Assembly (NCBI GenBank): GCA_965209055.1
Contig: OZ242374.1
Location: 5,376,001-5,440,000 of the forward strand
Source: Acidobacteriota bacterium
Lineage (GTDB): Bacteria; Acidobacteriota; UBA6911; RPQK01; JAJDTT01
Length of the DNA: 64,000 nt
Direction: 5' to 3'
This document shows, piece by piece, positions 55,702 to 64,000 of this stretch (position 1 is its first letter; the number at the start of each line of letters is the position of its first letter). The translations under genes were made by a program, and so were the position numbers. Under the pieces are notes generated by a model. That model saw only the letters and a list, made by a program, of their open reading frames with translations, ran no database searches and had not been told where the DNA came from.

Positions 55702-57438
55702 CTATATCCCTCGAGCTTCGGAGATGCGAAAGACATCCACGCCCGTCCGGATGCGGTTCGTTATGGGGTCAACCATTATGCCCAAGGGCCTGGCAAAACC
55801 GGAATCCAGAGACGGAGACTCTTCCACAACTTCGACTTCGTGTCCGATCCTGGCCAATCCTTCCCGGCACTCAGGATCCAGTCTCAAGTCGGCAAGGGTG
55901 ACGGCTTCCGAAGTATCCACGCGAGGAGCGGCGATGGCTTGTTGAAGGCTCACCTGCCGGTCCATGAGGTTCAGCACGATCTGGGTGTTGCAACTGATGA
56001 TCCGTCTCCCGCCGACAGCGCCCAGGCTGGCGAAGGGTTTTCTCTCTTTGAGCAGCAGGAGCGGCGCCATGTTGTTGAGTCCCCGTTTGAAGCCGGCAAT
56101 TGAGTTGGCCGATCCCGGAACCGGATTGAAGACCACCATCCCGCTGCTGAAGAGGAGTCCGGTCCCGGATGTGATGACACGGGAGCCAAACCGGCTGACG
56201 GCCGTCTGGGTGCAGGAAACCATGTTTCGCTGTCTGTCGATCGCGGAAAAGTGAGTCGTGCACTGGTCGTCCTGCGGAGGGGAAGGAGGAGGATCCTCCA
56301 GAATGGGCGTGCCTTCCTGATAGCGCCAGGGCCGGTGCAGAGCCCTGTCGGCAAACCTGACCCAGGGTTGATCCGAAGCCTGCGCAAAAGCCGTTCTTGC
56401 GGGATCGATCAGCCGGGCGACGTCCCGGGCATAGTCAGTAGACAAGAGAGCTTTTTCAGGGACCGGTACAAAGTCGGGATCTCCGAGAAAACGGTATCGG
56501 TCGGCGAAAGCGTGGCGAGTGGACTCAATCACAAGATGAAGGTATTCGGCGGAATTGTGTCCCAGTTCAGCTAAATCAAAATGCTCGAGAATCTTCAGGG
56601 CTTGCAGAGTCGTCGTACACCCGCTGGGTCCGGGCATTCCCAGGATTTCATAGTTCCGGTACCGGATGGTCACGGGCTCTGTCGCCACGACTTCGTAACG
56701 GCCGAAGTCTTCTGCCCTGAGCAGACCGCCATTCTTCTTCATATCCGCTTCAACGGTGTGCGGCAGTTCTCCGCGATACAGGCCTCTTGCGCCTTGACGG
56801 GCAATCAGTCGCAGAACCTGGCCCAGATCGGCTTGTTTCACCCGATCCACGCCGCTGACCGGCGGATATCCATGGCGCAGAAAGATCCGCGCGGGAACCC
56901 GGTATTTCACGAAATCTCCCATGACTTCGGCAATCTGCTGCGTCGTCAGCCAGTTGGCGACAAACCCCTGCTCCGCGTAATGAATCGCCGGCTCCAGAAG
57001 TCGTTGTAGAGGAAGGCTTCCATAGAGCTGGTGCGCTCGACACAGGCCCGCAGTGACGCCGGGGACGCCGATCGCCTCGTAGCCGGAGACATTGGCCCGA
57101 TTCTCAACCTCGAAAAGCCCGTTTACCTCTCGGGTTCGACCGATGACGCGGTACATCTCGGGAGTGGCAGCCGCCGGAGCACGATGGCTGAAATCAAGGG
57201 CCAGACTGGCTTGCTGCTCGGCCATGTGGATGAGCATCTGCCCGTGACCGGCAATGGAAGAGGCCCAGGGCTCCACCACGGCCAGACAGAAACCCATGGC
57301 AACCGTGGCGTCAACGGCGTTTCCACCTTCAGACAGGATTTGGACCCCCACCTCGGAAGCCAAGGGATGGGAGGTCACAACCGCTCCAAAATCGGATACA
57401 ACCTCGTCCTTGACGGGTCGCCAGATACTGCGTTTCAC
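55702..57438 (-). CDS. ggt: Gamma-glutamyltransferase family Ntn hydrolase
   Basis: GGNAVDA, AIGVPG, AFADR...GDP, TTHFSAID (Thr nucleophile). Confidence 0.88.
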   Translation of the reverse strand: MKRSIWRPVKDEVVSDFGAVVTSHPLASEVGVQILSEGGNAVDATVAMGFCLAVVEPWASSIAGHGQMLIHMAEQQASLALDFSHRAPAAATPEMYRVIGRTREVNGLFEVENRANVSGYEAIGVPGVTAGLCRAHQLYGSLPLQRLLEPAIHYAEQGFVANWLTTQQIAEVMGDFVKYRVPARIFLRHGYPPVSGVDRVKQADLGQVLRLIARQGARGLYRGELPHTVEADMKKNGGLLRAEDFGRYEVVATEPVTIRYRNYEILGMPGPSGCTTTLQALKILEHFDLAELGHNSAEYLHLVIESTRHAFADRYRFLGDPDFVPVPEKALLSTDYARDVARLIDPARTAFAQASDQPWVRFADRALHRPWRYQEGTPILEDPPPSPPQDDQCTTHFSAIDRQRNMVSCTQTAVSRFGSRVITSGTGLLFSSGMVVFNPVPGSANSIAGFKRGLNNMAPLLLLKERKPFASLGAVGGRRIISCNTQIVLNLMDRQVSLQQAIAAPRVDTSEAVTLADLRLDPECREGLARIGHEVEVVEESPSLDSGFARPLGIMVDPITNRIRTGVDVFRISEARGI

Positions 57439-57672
57439 CCCAGTTCCCTTTGCCTCGCAAAGTTGACGCGCATCCTGCTTTCTGCTGCGTCAGCTCTTGC
57501 AGCCGTGGTCAATAGTCGACACGGCATTCGACCGGGTCCGCGCCACCGCGGACGGCGTAATTCCCAGGTCATAAACGGTCGAGTTCGCGCCCTCGTCGCG
57601 TCTTGTTCGGCGAGTGCGCCGCCGGTCTCGGTGCTACGCGGGACTCTCACCACGGGACGATTCACCCTGTCC

Positions 57673-58455
57673 CTACGAGGACGCCGATTCGCGAGCGTAT
57701 GCTCTCAATCTCTCCAGATCTGCCTTCAAGCCCTCAATGCCCTGAATGATAAGGCCACCGATCACAATGAACCGGTACCCGGCATCATAGGCCTTTCTGC
57801 CGGCCTCGAATCCTCTCAAGGTGATGCCGCTGGCTTTTCCGCAACTCGCGGCCCGGCGGGGAAATTCCTCCAAGAAACCTTGAATCTCGGGATGCTCCAG
57901 TTGGCCGATATGACCCAAGGCCGCAGTAATGTCCAAGGGGCCGGCAAAGAGCACGTCGACTCCCTCGACGGCAGCAATTTCCTCCAGGTTGTCGATCGCT
58001 TCGCGGCTCTCAATTTGCACGATGACACACGTCTCCTGATTGGCCGCCGGCAGATACTCTTCATAGGAAACGTCCATGAAGAAAGTCCACCAGGGGGAGA
58101 CGCCGCGTGAGCCGTCGGGAGGATATTTGGCATATTGAACAGCCCGGCGGGCCTCTTCGGCATTGTTGATCTGGGGCAACATCACCCCCGCAGCACCGAC
58201 GTCGAGAGCCTTCTTTATGAGTTGCGGATCCAGTCCGGCCACCCGCACGATGGGAACACACCCCTTCATCCGGCAAAGCACCGGAATCCATGGGATATCG
58301 GTGGCGTCATAGGGTCGATGTTCCGTATCGATCCAGAGAAAGTCGATGCCCGTATCCACAGTCAGTTTGGCAATGAAATCGGACCGGTCGGGGAGTCCTG
58401 CTCCCCAGGCAGCCTTCCCCTCGGCCAAAAGCGTCTTTACTTTGTTCTCAAACAT
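57673..58455 (-). CDS. HpcH/HpaI class II pyruvate aldolase family
   Basis: WIDTEH, LDVGAAGVMLP, YPPDGSRG, VQIES, FAGPLD. Confidence 0.9.
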   Translation of the reverse strand: MFENKVKTLLAEGKAAWGAGLPDRSDFIAKLTVDTGIDFLWIDTEHRPYDATDIPWIPVLCRMKGCVPIVRVAGLDPQLIKKALDVGAAGVMLPQINNAEEARRAVQYAKYPPDGSRGVSPWWTFFMDVSYEEYLPAANQETCVIVQIESREAIDNLEEIAAVEGVDVLFAGPLDITAALGHIGQLEHPEIQGFLEEFPRRAASCGKASGITLRGFEAGRKAYDAGYRFIVIGGLIIQGIEGLKADLERLRAYARESASS

Positions 58456-58510
58456 TTATAATTTATACTCCCTGGAAGAAGCTTATCACGAACCGGGGAC
58501 TCAGATTCTC

Positions 58511-59110
58511 GTGGCTGAATCGGAACAGACCAAACCCGTACAAATCAACCCGGGCCGTCTGTTGTGGTCGGGCGAGCACTGGATCAACGGCCTCCAGTCT
58601 CCGGAAGGCGAGATTCCCAGCGCCTGGGTGAGCCTCTACCACACACGTTACAGTCCGGCCGGTGAAGGTAATACGGCCCAGATCGTCATTCGGGCGGACC
58701 GCCAGCTGAGCCTGATATGTGTCGATGTCCCGGAGGTAGGGAGGTTTACCCAAGACAATTTCCTGATTCGAAGCACGTTCCAGGATCCGAAGGCTCCCAT
58801 TGTGCAAGCTCGTTTCTTTCGTGAAGGAGACATCCGAAGGGACCCGGCCTGGGTCATCGAAACCCACGAGCACCGAATCGTGGCCCGATGGTGGGTTACG
58901 GAGCCACCGGTTATCGCCCAAGGCACCTTTCGTCCCGGCACCGAACATTTCACAGCTTTATTCTTCACCGAGCGGGCCTCAGTCGAAGTCGATGGTCAGC
59001 CGATTCCGGGAAACCCGTTCTTGAGAGACATCTGGGAGCCTTACCTGCCGGGAGCTCGCAGTTCCTGCGTCTTTGCGCTGGCCGAGACCTTGATCGAGCT
59101 ACCTCCTTGA
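58511..59110 (+). CDS. Hypothetical protein
   Basis: Long ORF divergent from the aldolase, fills the gap; GTG start at 58511 is a guess. Confidence 0.6.
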   Translation: MAESEQTKPVQINPGRLLWSGEHWINGLQSPEGEIPSAWVSLYHTRYSPAGEGNTAQIVIRADRQLSLICVDVPEVGRFTQDNFLIRSTFQDPKAPIVQARFFREGDIRRDPAWVIETHEHRIVARWWVTEPPVIAQGTFRPGTEHFTALFFTERASVEVDGQPIPGNPFLRDIWEPYLPGARSSCVFALAETLIELPP

Positions 59111-59328
59111 ACCGCTATCTCAATTTGCCGGACTCGGCGCCAAGACTGGTGGCATTGACTTTACGACCGCCTTGCGTCGCTTGAGCGCGCGGCCCGGACT
59201 GCCGCTTCAACCCGGCTTTTCTACATCATGCTGAGAAAGGGACTCTTCATCTATTGGAGGTGGAAGCACATTGAGGACCCGAGCGTGAACGGTCGCGACC
59301 ACTTTTTTCGAGCCAATAGGAGGGAAAG

Positions 59329-60114
59329 ATGAGGGGAGTGGGCAAATACTCCGTTTGGTTGGGTGTTTTTCTGCTGATCACACTCAGTTTGCCGGCCGAG
59401 GTCATTTTCCGAGAAAGCTTCGATCAGGGAGCGGGAGGATGGACTACCGGGAAAAACAAGACCCATACCCAGGGAGAGACCTGGCACCGCAACATTCTTG
59501 GCTATTACGGCGAGCCTGTGTTCTTGAAGTGGAGCCCAAGCGGCGGACGCTCCGGAGGATACGCCACTGCCGAATCACCCTGGTACTTCGACGATAACCA
59601 CGGAGAATTCGGGTGGCTGTACCTGGTCTTCGGCAAGCGCACGGGCTGGTCCACATACCCGGTGGACGAAGCGGCGCCGACGACCGGGAAAGACGTACGG
59701 AATGCCACGGTTCGACTCTCGCTGCGGGGGAGAGATATGCAGTTGAAGGGAACCAGGTTCTACTATTGGAATCAGGCTCCTCCCGCGAAAGGCCCCTGGG
59801 TCTACCGATGCTGGGCTTTGACCTCCGTTCCTCTCGAGGGTTACTTGACGGATGGAAATTGGCACGACGTCAGCTTCACACTGGATCCCCATGAAAGCAA
59901 ATGGAGCTTCATGGGATTGATCAATGGTGGGCTGCGAAAGAGGATCCGCGTGATTCAAAGTCTTTCCTTTGGGCAGGGGACATTGGAAGAAGTTCTGGGC
60001 GACGGCAAACTCTACAACTGGGGCTTTATTCTCGTAGATGTGGATCCCCTGGATCCTCCCTCCGGAAAGATCGACATCGATCAATTCAGCATCACCCTCA
60101 GCGGCGAGGAGTGA
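59329..60114 (+). CDS. Secreted protein of unassigned family (paralog 2)
   Basis: Signal peptide, strong RBS, shared motifs. Confidence 0.75.
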   Translation: MRGVGKYSVWLGVFLLITLSLPAEVIFRESFDQGAGGWTTGKNKTHTQGETWHRNILGYYGEPVFLKWSPSGGRSGGYATAESPWYFDDNHGEFGWLYLVFGKRTGWSTYPVDEAAPTTGKDVRNATVRLSLRGRDMQLKGTRFYYWNQAPPAKGPWVYRCWALTSVPLEGYLTDGNWHDVSFTLDPHESKWSFMGLINGGLRKRIRVIQSLSFGQGTLEEVLGDGKLYNWGFILVDVDPLDPPSGKIDIDQFSITLSGEE

Positions 60115-60151
60115 GGAACATAATTTCACGCTCCGGTCAGACAGGTGGCTA

Positions 60152-61045
60152 ATGAAACAAAATTTGACCAAGAAAATAGGACTCGTGGTTTTCTTCACAT
60201 CAGTGTTCCATCCCGTGGCCGGCCAAGCGGCAGGTGCAAAGCCGGCATTGGGGAACGTCGTAGCTGCGCACGGCTTTGACCGGGGACCGGAAGCCTGGCA
60301 CGTGGGAAAAGACAAGACCCATACCCGTGGCGTCACTTGGCATCGCAATATCCTGGGCTTCTACGGAGAGCCGGTTTTTCTGAAGTGGCGTGAGAGAGGA
60401 GGCCGTTCGGGTGGGTTCGCCTATTCCGAGTCGCCCTGGTACTTCGATGACAATCACGGCCACTTCGGCTGGCTGCACTTGATCGCCAACCGATACACGG
60501 AGCCTGAGAAGCAGGGAAGACCGGGAGAACCAAGTCCGGTGGTGGGTCAGGACCTGCGCAATGCCATCGTCAGGGTGTCCCTGCGCGGGCGAGACGTGGA
60601 GCTGAAGGGAACCAAACTGTACTTTTGGCTGGGGGGAAGTGCTCCTCCGATTCGCAACACCTCTCCGGCAGACAAACGGCCCAGATCCACCGTCAGTTCT
60701 CTTCGGCGGGAGGGACACCGCTGGTGGGCACTGACCTCGGTCCCGCTGGAAGCCCACTTGACGGATGGGAAGTGGCACGATGTGGAGTTCCAATTGGAAC
60801 CCGACGAGCGCAAGTGGACCTATTTGGGTTTGATAAACGGAGGTCTGCGCAAGAAGATCCAGATTCGACAAAGTCTCAGCTTTGGAGACGGATCACTTCC
60901 ATACGTTCTGGGCAACGGCAAAATTTACGTTTTCGGATTCATTCTGGTTGAAGTGGATCCTTTGGATCAGCCGAAGGGCATGATTGATTTGGACGAATTC
61001 AGCATCGCCACATTTCCTTCCAATCCTCCGCTGCCGAAACCATGA
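60152..61045 (+). CDS. Secreted protein of unassigned family (paralog 3)
   Basis: Signal peptide, shared motifs, longer loop insertions. Confidence 0.75.
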   Translation: MKQNLTKKIGLVVFFTSVFHPVAGQAAGAKPALGNVVAAHGFDRGPEAWHVGKDKTHTRGVTWHRNILGFYGEPVFLKWRERGGRSGGFAYSESPWYFDDNHGHFGWLHLIANRYTEPEKQGRPGEPSPVVGQDLRNAIVRVSLRGRDVELKGTKLYFWLGGSAPPIRNTSPADKRPRSTVSSLRREGHRWWALTSVPLEAHLTDGKWHDVEFQLEPDERKWTYLGLINGGLRKKIQIRQSLSFGDGSLPYVLGNGKIYVFGFILVEVDPLDQPKGMIDLDEFSIATFPSNPPLPKP

Positions 61046-61100
61046 CGAGAAAACGTGTTTTGTCCTTTCTGACCGAGCATTCTCAATAGGGGATAAGACG

Positions 61101-62537
61101 ATGAAGAGAACAATTGCCGCCAGCTTGCTCTGTCTCTCGGTTCTGAGCAACTGCCAGACCGGCGTAGAAACCACGGAGAAGGAGCCGGCCGCCCGGGCAC
61201 CACGCGTCGAGCTGGGTCCGCCGGTAATAGTCATGCTGGGTCCCCCAGGCGATCTGCGTTGGGGTTATTACGCTTTTCCGGACATGTGGAGGGCCCCGGG
61301 CGGAGAGCTGTACCTGGCAGTAAACGTGGGTGAGGACGCCAACGACGTCGGGGAACGCGAGCCCACCCGATTCTTCGTCTCCCGGGATAATGGAGAATCC
61401 TGGCAGCCGATACGGGAAGATCAGGTGGACTTCTCTCCAGATGTCATTGCCCTGCCGAGTGGTGAGCAGGTGGCCTTCGGCACTGAAAAGTATGTCTATC
61501 ATTATTCGACCTACGGACCTCGGCCGCGGGAATTCCACAGCCTGGATGAGCTTGGTCTCAAACTTGCCTTCACAACCAAGAAACCTGGCCTGATTGCGGC
61601 TCATTATCGTTACGCCGACCTGCCTGAGAGGCTGACCCGGATCCCCGTTAAGCGCCGTAAAGGACCGAATGCTCCCTGGCAGGACGAATATGCTCATTTT
61701 GACTCGTCCGACCTGCTGCTGCGTACCCCGATCGGTGCCCCGGACGCCAAAGGAGATTGGCATGAAATAGCGCCTATGATCTCAACGACGCCGCGGGATG
61801 CAGCCTCCGTCCTGTGGCCGGACCGGTTGGTCGTGCTGCCCGACGGCACCCTCCTCTGGCCACTCGCCAGTCAGGATCCGCGCATTCAGAGTATGTTCTT
61901 TCGCGTCCAATGTGTCGCTTCCAGCGACGGGGGACAGACTTGGGGAATCCGTGGCACGATCGCCGATCAGCTGGAGCTGGCCGATTGGGGGTACGGCTGC
62001 GGCGAGCAATCACTGCAGAGGATGCCCGACGGGGATCTACTGTGCATTATGCGTACCCGGATGGCGGGCAACACGCTGGGAACGCGTCCCTTTACGAAGG
62101 TGGTGCATTCGCTGGCCGCGGCGCGCTCCTCGGATAACGGCTACACCTGGAGCAGGCCGGAGGCGATTGCGCCCTTCAGCGTCACGCCCCACTTGCGCAC
62201 CTTGGACAACGGCACCGTTGCGGTCGTGTATGGGAGGCCAGGCGTGCATGTTCGCGCTTCGGCGGACAGCGGAAGGACCTGGACCAATGCCTTTCCGCTG
62301 GTGGGCCCCGTGGAGGCGCAGTTGATGGCCGAGTCCAGAGAAGAGCGCATGGCCCTGAGCCACGCCGGACACGGCTCCGCCCAAGCCAGGGTCATCAGCT
62401 GCAGCAATACGGATGTGGTCGTCACGGGATCCGACCGGTTCATCGTTGCGTATTCCGACTTTCAGTACAGAGATGAGCAGGGCCGGCAGCGAAAAGCGAT
62501 CAAGGTCAGAGAAGTGATCGTCGAAATGCCAATCTAG
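61101..62537 (+). CDS. BNR/Asp-box lipoprotein
   Basis: LSNC lipobox-like; four Asp-boxes; paralog of 48308-49711. Confidence 0.82.
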   Translation: MKRTIAASLLCLSVLSNCQTGVETTEKEPAARAPRVELGPPVIVMLGPPGDLRWGYYAFPDMWRAPGGELYLAVNVGEDANDVGEREPTRFFVSRDNGESWQPIREDQVDFSPDVIALPSGEQVAFGTEKYVYHYSTYGPRPREFHSLDELGLKLAFTTKKPGLIAAHYRYADLPERLTRIPVKRRKGPNAPWQDEYAHFDSSDLLLRTPIGAPDAKGDWHEIAPMISTTPRDAASVLWPDRLVVLPDGTLLWPLASQDPRIQSMFFRVQCVASSDGGQTWGIRGTIADQLELADWGYGCGEQSLQRMPDGDLLCIMRTRMAGNTLGTRPFTKVVHSLAAARSSDNGYTWSRPEAIAPFSVTPHLRTLDNGTVAVVYGRPGVHVRASADSGRTWTNAFPLVGPVEAQLMAESREERMALSHAGHGSAQARVISCSNTDVVVTGSDRFIVAYSDFQYRDEQGRQRKAIKVREVIVEMPI

Positions 62538-62696
62538 TCCGAAATTCTCACCACGCCGTTGAGTGATCGGAGAAGACGCATTTTTTGAGGAAACAGCGAT
62601 TGTTGCGGAGCAGCCTCCTGGGGACCGACCGAGCTGGGCGCGCCCTCGCTGGTCTTTTCCTGACCAGGGGAGCGTCCGGCTCTCCCCCGCCCCGTA

Positions 62697-64000
62697 TCAA
62701 GTCGGTCCGCCAATGGACAGAAGTTCGACGCCCTCACCCTCCTCGGGTTTTTTGATGCGGAACCGGACCGAAGTCACTTCCGATCCATGGGGGCCAAATC
62801 GGTTTTTGAAGCCTTCTCTTTGTCCGACCATGAAGATGGAGCCGTCCTCCAGAACGCAGGCGCTGGGGTAGTAAGACTTGGGATCACACTTGAAGCCGCG
62901 GCCCGGCGCCGGTTTCACCCAGGTCTTCCCATTGTCGCGGCTGTAGATCACTTCTCCGTTGTTCGGCACCTGAGGATCGTCGCTGCTGAGTTTGTGCCGA
63001 CCCCCAAAGACCACGACCGATACGCCGTCGGGTGTCACCACCAGTTCACCCCTCCGGTACAACTTGGGGCCGCGATACTCGCTTCCAAAGTCAGGGTCTT
63101 CGATGATGGGGTCTGTCAGGAGCAGACGCGGCGGCGACCAGGTCTGCCCGTCGTCGTAGGACTGAAACCAAGCCGACGTCGGCCGGCAGGGGAAGGCCAG
63201 ACTCCCGTCCGGCAAGTAGGCGGCGGTGCCCTCGTCCGCATCCCAGTCATTGCTCCCAATCACCGATACGGTGGACCAAGTGCGGCCCTTGTCCTCAGAG
63301 CGCATGAGGACCATGAACCAGCGGGGATCTTCGGTGGGCCAGCCGTTGCCCCCGGGAATGCAACTGCCGGCGGCGAATAGCAGCAACGCACCATCCTTGC
63401 TTTCGAACATGCTGTACGGGGCGTCCATATCGAAGGGCCCCACGAACCTAGTCACCTCCTTCCAGGTGTGGCCGTCGTCGTCGCTTCGAAAGATCAGGGT
63501 CTTGGACTGCCGGTTGGCCATGATCCGGGCGAATTCAAGGGGCGTCGTGGGCATCTGGTTCCAGTAGCCCCAATGGGGTTTCAGCCGGACTCCCGCAATC
63601 ATCGTGCCGTCACTCAGTTGAACAACGTCCCCGACGTAGTAGGCGCCAGGCACCACCGGAAACGACCGGGGACGGCTCCAGGTCTTCCCCTGGTCCCGGC
63701 TGCGGACCCACATCAACCTTCCGCCCTCGGGCGCATCCCAGTCCAGGAGCCATTCCCGATCAGGCCTTTTGATGCGTTCCCAGGCCTCCGGAGGCATGTC
63801 CCAAGGGGTGGGCCAGGAAGCGTGCCAATAACCGGCTGAGAAGGTCATGAACAGGTCGCCATTCTGCAGTCGGCAGACCGTCGGCCACCCGCAGTAACCG
63901 CCAAACCCGCGGAACGGCTCCGGCGGATTGACATCGGGGGAGACGATGATTTGTCGATACTTCTCGAAGTCCACCCGGGGTCCATCACCCGTAATCAGGG
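62697..64000 (-). CDS. BNR/Asp-box (sialidase-like) protein, probably 5'-truncated by the window edge
   Basis: SRDQGKTW, SDDDGHTW, SEDKGRTW, SYDDGQTW, SRDNGKTW; SYYP; frame is open to the window end. Confidence 0.8.
   Translation of the reverse strand, partial: LITGDGPRVDFEKYRQIIVSPDVNPPEPFRGFGGYCGWPTVCRLQNGDLFMTFSAGYWHASWPTPWDMPPEAWERIKRPDREWLLDWDAPEGGRLMWVRSRDQGKTWSRPRSFPVVPGAYYVGDVVQLSDGTMIAGVRLKPHWGYWNQMPTTPLEFARIMANRQSKTLIFRSDDDGHTWKEVTRFVGPFDMDAPYSMFESKDGALLLFAAGSCIPGGNGWPTEDPRWFMVLMRSEDKGRTWSTVSVIGSNDWDADEGTAAYLPDGSLAFPCRPTSAWFQSYDDGQTWSPPRLLLTDPIIEDPDFGSEYRGPKLYRRGELVVTPDGVSVVVFGGRHKLSSDDPQVPNNGEVIYSRDNGKTWVKPAPGRGFKCDPKSYYPSACVLEDGSIFMVGQREGFKNRFGPHGSEVTSVRFRIKKPEEGEGVELLSIGGPT

Noticed and set aside
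1-64000. CRISPR array, DGR or retron as the cause of the repeats
   Set aside because: No regularly spaced short repeats, no cas or reverse transcriptase gene, and paralog differences are not adenine-specific.

Overview
GC-rich bacterial DNA, most likely Acidobacteriota (inferred from two GWxTD genes, three CRTAC1/ASPIC-UnbV genes and large TPR proteins). It opens with murJ and lpxD, then two type II toxin-antitoxin modules separated by a degenerate lpxD fragment. The remaining ~60 kb is accessory and dominated by exported paralog families: nine Asp-box/BNR sialidase-like genes plus one remnant, four Tat-exported GHL10-like TIM-barrel proteins, three members of a small secreted family I cannot assign, and two nearly identical PHP metallohydrolases. 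These are mixed with catabolic enzymes (2OG dioxygenase, MBL hydrolase, M24 peptidase, amidohydrolases, Mo oxidoreductase, FAD oxidoreductase, deacetylase, ALDH, GGT, HpcH aldolase) and one IS1634 element. Paralogs show duplication and patchwork identity. No rRNA, tRNA or CRISPR array was seen. All calls come from motif recognition by eye; several start codons were moved downstream of the ORF-track starts.
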